Shown: in pieces, positions 39,690 through 45,665 of the stretch
How positions within the stretch are numbered: position 1 is the stretch's first letter
Layout: each line of letters starts with the position of its first letter
Origin: Acidimicrobiales bacterium
GTDB lineage: Bacteria; Actinomycetota; Acidimicrobiia; Acidimicrobiales; RAAP-2
Length of the DNA stretch: 45,665 bases
Assembly: GCA_049581565.1 (NCBI GenBank)
Contig: JBAUSF010000098.1
Span: forward strand, 1 to 45,665
Direction: 5' to 3'
The notes under the pieces: generated by a model
What the model was told of the DNA's origin: nothing
Seen by the model: only the letters and a program-made list of their open reading frames with translations
Databases searched by the model: none
Position numbers and translations under genes: made by a program

Positions 39690-40771
39690 TTATAGGTGGT
39701 CGTCTTCGCGGAGCTGAGACTCGTCGCCCCCGGCACCGAGGACGCCGCGGGTGCGGTGGTCGCGAAGACCTCGGGGCCTGTCGTCCCGGTTCCCCATTGG
39801 CCAAAGGCCGGGTCAACGTACACGGCGGCCTCGGCGAGCAGTTCATCCTTCTCGCTCAATGCGGCCTGCGCGTTCAAACTCTGCAGGTCCGAGAGCACGG
39901 CCGACTCGGCCTGAGCGAAGGGCGTAACCGTGCGCTTGGTGACCGCGACGTAGAGCGCGTATTCCGCGCTGTTGTAGTTGATGTAGCGAGGCGTCGTCGA
40001 AAACACGTCGAGAGCTTCGGTCGCCACGTCAGCGCGCACACCGGCGTAGGACGTGTTCGTCGGGCTGTAACAGCCGTACGCACCGCCCGTTGCCGATGAA
40101 GGGTCTTGGGAGTACTTCTTTGCGAGCGCGGCAACGCTCATGCCCGACGCTTCGGCGCTCGTAAAGGCGCTGACCTCACTGGGCGAGACGAGCGCGATTG
40201 ACACGCAGAGCGTGTCGTAGTCCGCCACGTGCTCGTTGTAGTACTGACGCGTGGCGTTCGTAGTGAGCGGAATGGCCGCCTTCACCTTGTTCACCAGGTA
40301 CTGCGAAGTGGCCTGAGACTGGATTTCGGCGGTGCGCATCTCGGCGGGCATCTCGGCAAGCGCCTCAGCGGACGTTCCCGGACAGGTGAGCGAGTTCGCC
40401 TTCGCCTGCTCGGTCATTTCGCTTTCGAGCGAAGCCTTGGCAGCGGCGAGGACTGCGGCGTCGGGTACGAAGTGGTATTTCGTCTCGACATACTGGTTGA
40501 TGGCGAGTCCCTCGACGCGCAGGTTGGCCCAGGCGGCCGCCCCCGAGGCCTTGATCGAGTAGCCCCCCGCACCGGGCGCGTAGTTGGTCGGGTCGAGCGC
40601 GGTGATGAAGCACTGCAAGGTGTTGTGGTGGGAGATCGCCGACAGTTCCGCGCGCAAGGTCGGTCCTGAGACGGTGTCGTGGTTGACACTCACCCCCGAA
40701 GAAGAGTTGCTGAGTCCGTACAGGGCGGCCCCCAAAAGGGCAATAACAAACAGGGCTACGAGGCGGCGCAC
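39686..40771 (-). CDS. Exported SurA/PrsA-like foldase with divergent parvulin-type domain
   Basis: Signal/TM, helical chaperone region, LAKKYSQDPSSATGG motif; sits between mfd and mazG. Confidence 0.65.
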   Translation of the reverse strand: MRRLVALFVIALLGAALYGLSNSSSGVSVNHDTVSGPTLRAELSAISHHNTLQCFITALDPTNYAPGAGGYSIKASGAAAWANLRVEGLAINQYVETKYHFVPDAAVLAAAKASLESEMTEQAKANSLTCPGTSAEALAEMPAEMRTAEIQSQATSQYLVNKVKAAIPLTTNATRQYYNEHVADYDTLCVSIALVSPSEVSAFTSAEASGMSVAALAKKYSQDPSSATGGAYGCYSPTNTSYAGVRADVATEALDVFSTTPRYINYNSAEYALYVAVTKRTVTPFAQAESAVLSDLQSLNAQAALSEKDELLAEAAVYVDPAFGQWGTGTTGPEVFATTAPAASSVPGATSLSSAKTTTYK

Positions 40772-40788
40772 CCTTTCATGCTACCGAG

Positions 40789-43700
40789 TCACCCAGCGGC
40801 CTCAGTCGCCGGCGCTTGGAGCTCTTCGAGCAGTGTGACGATCGCGATGGGCGCGACCTCGCTGGGCGCGAGCTCGAGTCGAAGTTCCTTCGTCGATTCG
40901 TTGTACGCACTCGAACCGTAGGCGCGACGAAGTCGAATCTGCTGGCTGAAGGTGAGTGTGAGCGGACCGAGCCGCAGCACCGGCTTTGATCGAACCCCGA
41001 CGCGCGCTGGCATGACGACGATCGACGTCACGCCGATCGACAGACACACAAGACGAAGCTGCGCGAGCTCGAGCAGTCCGCTCGCGGGTGCGGGGAGCGC
41101 ACCGTATCGGTCGATCCACTCGTTCTTGAGATCCTCGAGCTCGTCGATGGTCGTCACGCCCGCGAGACGACGGTACGCCTCGAGTCGCGCGTCGTCGGCT
41201 TCGACGTAATCCTTTGGTAGGTGCGCTTCGCCGGGCACGTCCAGATTGATCGGCGTGACTTCGGGCACGTGCAAGCCCTTCGCGTCGGCGACGGCTTCGG
41301 CGACGAGCTGCACGTAGAGGTCGTAGCCAACAGCCGCCACGGGACCCGACTGGTCGTGGCCCAACAGATTACCCGCGCCACGGATCTCCAAGTCGCGCAT
41401 AGCGATCTTGAATCCGCTGCCGAGCGCGGTGTTGTCACCAATCGTGCGCAGCCGCTCGTACGCGGTCTCAGTAAGAACCTGGTCGGCGGGGTGAAAGAGG
41501 TAGGCGTAGGCCCGCTGACCGCTACGCCCGACTCGTCCACGCAGCTGGTGGAGCTGGCCGAGTCCGAGGCGCTCGGCCCGGTCCACGATGAGGGTGTTCA
41601 CTGAGGGAAGGTCGATACCGGACTCCACGATCGTCGTGCAGACGAGCACGTCAAAACGCCGCTCCCAGAAGTCGACCATCACCCGCTCGAGGGTCCCTTC
41701 GTCCATCTGACCATGTGCGACCGCGACGCGCGCGTCTGGCACCAGCTGTCCGAGGCGGCGAGCAACCTGATCAATGTCGGTCACCCGATTGTGCACGAAG
41801 AAGACCTGCCCTTCGCGCAGGAGCTCGCGGCGAATCGCTTCGACGACAGCCGGTTCGTTGTACTCGCCCACGTGCGTGAGAATGGGGCGACGATCGGCGG
41901 GCGGCGTCGTGATCATGGACAGATCGCGTATGCCCGTGAAGGCCATCTCGAGCGTGCGCGGTATAGGGCTCGCGCTCAGCGTCAAGACATCGATGCCGAC
42001 CGAGCGGGACTTGATCGCCTCCTTGTGCTGGACGCCAAAGCGCTGCTCTTCGTCAACGACGAGCAGCCCGAGCTTTTTGAACGTGACGGTGTCGCTCAAG
42101 AGTCGATGCGTGCCGATCACGACATCGATCGTGCCGTCGGCGAGCCCCTCGAGCGTCGCTTTCATCTCAACGTCGTCAACGAAGCGACTCATTAGTGCGA
42201 CCTTTACCGGGAAGCCAGCGTAGCGCTCGGAGAACGTGGCGAAGTGCTGACTCGCGAGCAGCGTCGTCGGCACGAGCACGGCCGCTTGATAGTTGTCCTG
42301 GACAGCCTTGAAGACCGCGCGAAGGGCGACCTCGGTCTTGCCGAAGCCGACGTCGGCGCAGACGAGGCGGTCCATCGGACGCAGGGATTCCATGTCGGCC
42401 TTCACGTCACGAATCGACTGGGCCTGGTCGGCCGTCAGCGTATAGGGAAAGAGCTCTTCCATCTCTCGTTGCCACGCCGTGTCCGGTGCGAAGGCGTGGC
42501 CCTCGGCGACCGTGCGCAATCGGTAGAGGTCAACCAGCTCTTGGGCAACGAGAAATGCGGCGGCGCGGGCCTTGGCGCGGGTCTTCTGCCACTCCGCACC
42601 GCCCATGCGCGAGAGCGCCGGACCGTCGCCGCCGGTGTAGGGCGTGAGTGCGTCGATCTGCTCGGTCGGCCAGTAGCTGCGTCCATCTTTGAACTCGAGA
42701 ATGAGGTAGTCGCGCGTCACGCCGTTGATCGCGCGCGTCGTGGTACCCGAGAATCTCGCGACGCCGTGCTGACGATGAACGACGTAGCTGCCGATCGCGA
42801 GATCGTCGAAGAATCCGTCGACGTTTCTCGTGCGCGTGCGCGCCACGCGGCGTTGACTGCGTCGACCCGTGAGATCGCTCTCGCTCCAGACAACGATCTC
42901 GGGCTCGTCGAGGAAGAAGCCACTCGGCAGCTGGCTCTCGAGCACGCTGAGACGAGCCTTGAGGACGTGGTTCGGGTCCGTCGTAACGTCGAGCCCCTCG
43001 GCGCGCAGCTGGTCGGCCATGCGTTCGATCGCGGCGGGGGTCGACGTCAAAATGACACCGCGGCGATCCTTCGACCAGCCCCGCACGTGCGCGGCGATGC
43101 GTGACGCGTCGCCTTGCACGACGGGCGGTGACGTGATGGTGGCGTCCGCCGAAGCGACGTTGGTGTCGAGGGCGATGTCGATTCGACCTTCGAGCACGTG
43201 CTCGTAGTCGCGGTGCAAAAGCGGCACTTCTTCGCTCGCTCGCCAGGTCGCCGCGACGACATCGGTGAGTTCGCGTTCCTCGCCAAGGAGCTCGACGAGG
43301 CGCGCGCGAACGCGCGCGGGTTCGACGGCGACGACCGTAGCGCTCTTCGCCTCATCAAGGAGGGTTCGCGGCTCATCGATGAAGAGCCCCATCCAGCCCT
43401 CCATCCCGTCAAAGAGCTGGCCGGACGCGAGCCGGTCGAAGGTCGCGCTCGCCCACGGGGCGCTCTCGGCGAGCGCCTCGGCCCGTGAGCGCGTCAAGGT
43501 CCCGGGCACCCATTCGCGCGCTGGCGCGACGAGCGCCTCGTCGACGTCGTGCGTCGAGCGTTGGGTGGCGATGTCAAAGACCGTCAGACGCTCGATCTCG
43601 TCACCGAAGAAGTCCAGGCGCAAGGGCTCGTCGCCTTGAGCCGGCCACACGTCGACGATGCCGCCGCGCACGGCGATCTCCGCGCGGTGCTCGACAAGGT

Positions 43701-44175
43701 GCTCGCGGCGATAGCCCATGTCGACGAGCCCCGCAACGAACTGGTCGCGCTCCATCTCGGTACCGCACCGGAGATGAAACGGAGCGCGCAGCGGTTCCGG
43801 CGACAGGAGCTGGGCGATGGAACGCGCCGACGCGATAATGACCCGCGGCGCACGCCCCTCGCGCAGTCGCCAACGCAGCAGCGAGCGCATCGCCATCACC
43901 TGACTGTCTGGACTCACGCGCTCGAGAGGGTGGGTATCCCAGCCCGGCCACTGCGCGACCTCGCTCTCGCCGAGCCACGCACTCAGCGCGTCGGTGAGGT
44001 GTTCCGCGTCGCTCGAGGTGGCGGTGACGGCGATGACGAGCTCCCGCTCGAGCGAGAGGGCGGCCAGGGCGAGCGGCGTCGCGTAGCTCGACGCGACGAA
44101 CGACCCTGACACGACCGAGGCGCGCATCGCGGGCGCGAGCCGATCGAGGACGCGTCGAAGGCCGCCGTCACTCAC
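40789..44175 (-). CDS. mfd: Transcription-repair coupling factor
   Basis: VVHRQHGV (RID), ADVGFGKTE, DEEQRFGV, SASPIPRT, QLRGRVGR, RDLEIRGAG, TRCF domain. Confidence 0.98.
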   Translation of the reverse strand: MSDGGLRRVLDRLAPAMRASVVSGSFVASSYATPLALAALSLERELVIAVTATSSDAEHLTDALSAWLGESEVAQWPGWDTHPLERVSPDSQVMAMRSLLRWRLREGRAPRVIIASARSIAQLLSPEPLRAPFHLRCGTEMERDQFVAGLVDMGYRREHLVEHRAEIAVRGGIVDVWPAQGDEPLRLDFFGDEIERLTVFDIATQRSTHDVDEALVAPAREWVPGTLTRSRAEALAESAPWASATFDRLASGQLFDGMEGWMGLFIDEPRTLLDEAKSATVVAVEPARVRARLVELLGEERELTDVVAATWRASEEVPLLHRDYEHVLEGRIDIALDTNVASADATITSPPVVQGDASRIAAHVRGWSKDRRGVILTSTPAAIERMADQLRAEGLDVTTDPNHVLKARLSVLESQLPSGFFLDEPEIVVWSESDLTGRRSQRRVARTRTRNVDGFFDDLAIGSYVVHRQHGVARFSGTTTRAINGVTRDYLILEFKDGRSYWPTEQIDALTPYTGGDGPALSRMGGAEWQKTRAKARAAAFLVAQELVDLYRLRTVAEGHAFAPDTAWQREMEELFPYTLTADQAQSIRDVKADMESLRPMDRLVCADVGFGKTEVALRAVFKAVQDNYQAAVLVPTTLLASQHFATFSERYAGFPVKVALMSRFVDDVEMKATLEGLADGTIDVVIGTHRLLSDTVTFKKLGLLVVDEEQRFGVQHKEAIKSRSVGIDVLTLSASPIPRTLEMAFTGIRDLSMITTPPADRRPILTHVGEYNEPAVVEAIRRELLREGQVFFVHNRVTDIDQVARRLGQLVPDARVAVAHGQMDEGTLERVMVDFWERRFDVLVCTTIVESGIDLPSVNTLIVDRAERLGLGQLHQLRGRVGRSGQRAYAYLFHPADQVLTETAYERLRTIGDNTALGSGFKIAMRDLEIRGAGNLLGHDQSGPVAAVGYDLYVQLVAEAVADAKGLHVPEVTPINLDVPGEAHLPKDYVEADDARLEAYRRLAGVTTIDELEDLKNEWIDRYGALPAPASGLLELAQLRLVCLSIGVTSIVVMPARVGVRSKPVLRLGPLTLTFSQQIRLRRAYGSSAYNESTKELRLELAPSEVAPIAIVTLLEELQAPATEAAG

Positions 44176-44789
44176 GATGCGTTGACGCGTTGCTGCGCGT
44201 CGTCAAAGCCGTAGTCGAGAATCGTCTCGAGCGCGTCTGCCGCCAGCGCCACGTCGTGGGCGATCGCTTCACGGAGCTTGCCCGTGGGGCGCTTCAGCAC
44301 GTAGTCGGCGCCTTGTTCCTTGCGCGGTGGCTTGCCGATGCCAATGCGCAACCGGGCAAAGTCCTGAGTGCCGAGCGTCTGGGCGATCGAGCGCAGGCCG
44401 TTGTGTCCGGCAAGCCCTCCGCCAAACTTGAGTTGGAGTCGTCCAGGTTCGAGATCGAGTTCGTCATGGACGACGATCAGATTCGCAACGTCGTCGATCG
44501 ACGTTCGCCGCAGCAGGGGCGGCAGTGCCGACCCGGACTCGTTCATGAACGTGATCGGCACGGCCAGGGTGACGGGCCCGCGTGCGGTCCTCAGTGTGAC
44601 GCTCTGGGCCCGCTGACGCGCTTCGAGTTTGAACGTGCCTCCGCGCCGGGCAACCACTTGCCGCACGGTGTCGCCGCCCACGTTATGGCGAGACCCTTCG
44701 TACTCCGAGCCGGGATTGGCGAGTCCGACGATGAGGAGCACACTCGGCTCACCGCGCCGGTCGCTCTCACGAGTGCGCCGAAGCGCCAC
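44172..44789 (-). CDS. pth: Peptidyl-tRNA hydrolase
   Basis: IVGLANPG..Y..SRHNVG, FMNESG, HDELD, GHNGLRS, RLRIGIG. Confidence 0.96.
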   Translation of the reverse strand: MALRRTRESDRRGEPSVLLIVGLANPGSEYEGSRHNVGGDTVRQVVARRGGTFKLEARQRAQSVTLRTARGPVTLAVPITFMNESGSALPPLLRRTSIDDVANLIVVHDELDLEPGRLQLKFGGGLAGHNGLRSIAQTLGTQDFARLRIGIGKPPRKEQGADYVLKRPTGKLREAIAHDVALAADALETILDYGFDDAQQRVNAS

Positions 44790-44795
44790 GACGAA

Positions 44796-45398
44796 CTACT
44801 CCGTCGCGGGAGCGTCAGCCGGGCCGGCGGTCTTCGCCGCGGCGCGCCCAGCGTGGGTCGCCACGACCAACACCAGGGGATCGCCAGCCGCTTCAACGCC
44901 TTCGGGCAGCACGACGTCGCCGACGCGGATTGCGCCACCGACGGTGAGCCCCGTGATGTCGACCTCGACGAAGTGGGGAATCAGGTCGGGCCGCGAACGC
45001 ACTTCGATGCTGAACGCCTGCTGGTCGACCTCCCAGTCGGCGTGACGAACTTCCACGGCATCGCCAATGACGTGCAGCGGCACTTCGGCGACGACTTCCT
45101 GGTTGCGGTCAACGACTTGGAAATCGATGTGCGAGACGGTGCCACGAACGGGGTGGCGCTGGAGCTCACGCGCCATCACCGTGAAGGTCGTGCCGTCGGC
45201 GTCGAGCGTGATCACCGCGTTCAGGCCCTGCTCGCCCGAGACTGCGGTGCGGAATTCCTTGGCGTTCACCGAGACCGGCAGCGGGTCCACGCCGTGGCCG
45301 TAGACGACGCCGGGAATAGCGCCCTGGTGACGGAGGCGCCGGGAGTTGGCCGAGCCCTGCGCGCGGCTTGTCGACGCGTGCAACGTGACCTGTGACAT
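44796..45398 (-). CDS. rplY: 50S ribosomal protein L25 / general stress protein Ctc
   Basis: SRRLR..G.IPGVVYG, QRHPV...SHIDF plus Ctc C-terminal domain; GAGGAG SD before ATG 45398. Confidence 0.96.
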   Translation of the reverse strand: MSQVTLHASTSRAQGSANSRRLRHQGAIPGVVYGHGVDPLPVSVNAKEFRTAVSGEQGLNAVITLDADGTTFTVMARELQRHPVRGTVSHIDFQVVDRNQEVVAEVPLHVIGDAVEVRHADWEVDQQAFSIEVRSRPDLIPHFVEVDITGLTVGGAIRVGDVVLPEGVEAAGDPLVLVVATHAGRAAAKTAGPADAPATE

Positions 45399-45665
45399 GA
45401 GAACTCCTCTACGAAATGGCTGGCGGCCCAAGGGCTACGCACAGGAAAAACAGTCTAGCCCCCGCGGCTCTCTGGTCTCCAGTTGGGCTCTCGCAACGGG
45501 CTATGGGGTGAACGCCGCACGATCCCGTAGCCCACAAGACCCCATCGTTGAGCCCCGCCGATGTCAGATGCTCAGCGTCTTCAGGCGGTTCCTCTGTTTA
45601 TCGCACGGTCGTCTGAGACGAATGAGGCTCGCTCCGCCAGAGACGAATCCCGTGATCAGACGGTA

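Noticed and set aside
45564..45665. C-terminal end of a minus-strand CDS (YRLITGF...KTLSI*) or of prs
   Set aside because: Only about 33 codons, no recognisable motif, unlike a Prs C-terminus; another frame stops at 45656, so the frame cannot be determined.

Overview
GC-rich, gene-dense window from an actinobacterium (Acidimicrobiia-like by inference). It holds about 39 CDS and one tRNA, with no CRISPR array, integrase or IS visible. The right third is the conserved housekeeping run rplY-pth-mfd-prsA/surA-like-mazG-eno-ftsB-DUF501-ppx, followed by a GNAT, an NlpC/P60-GT2 pair and a short-variable-arm tRNA-Leu(UAA). The middle is a remodelled manC-cofE-cofD...GT2-DUF5719...manB-Trm112 locus. 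It carries a serine hydrolase-3xGT4-rmd-like cassette and an ftsH / CPBP protease / GT-C-like block, and no whiB. The left part has an APC permease, GT2 plus YfhO-like GT-C, PPK2, an F420-type LLM, a thiolase and a P450. The clearest surprises are: (1) a stand-alone archaeal-type (lumazine-synthase-fold) riboflavin synthase next to an F420-type oxidoreductase; (2) an exact 116-aa-period internal duplication in a GT-C-like membrane protein; (3) a GT4 lacking its catalytic E-x7-E motif inside a coupled operon; (4) a near-complete candidate GDP-mannose/6-deoxyhexose to lipid-carrier to GT-C surface-glycosylation system with a Thr-rich candidate acceptor. Product calls rest on recalled motifs, not database searches. 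Several starts were moved from the ORF track to better-supported positions.
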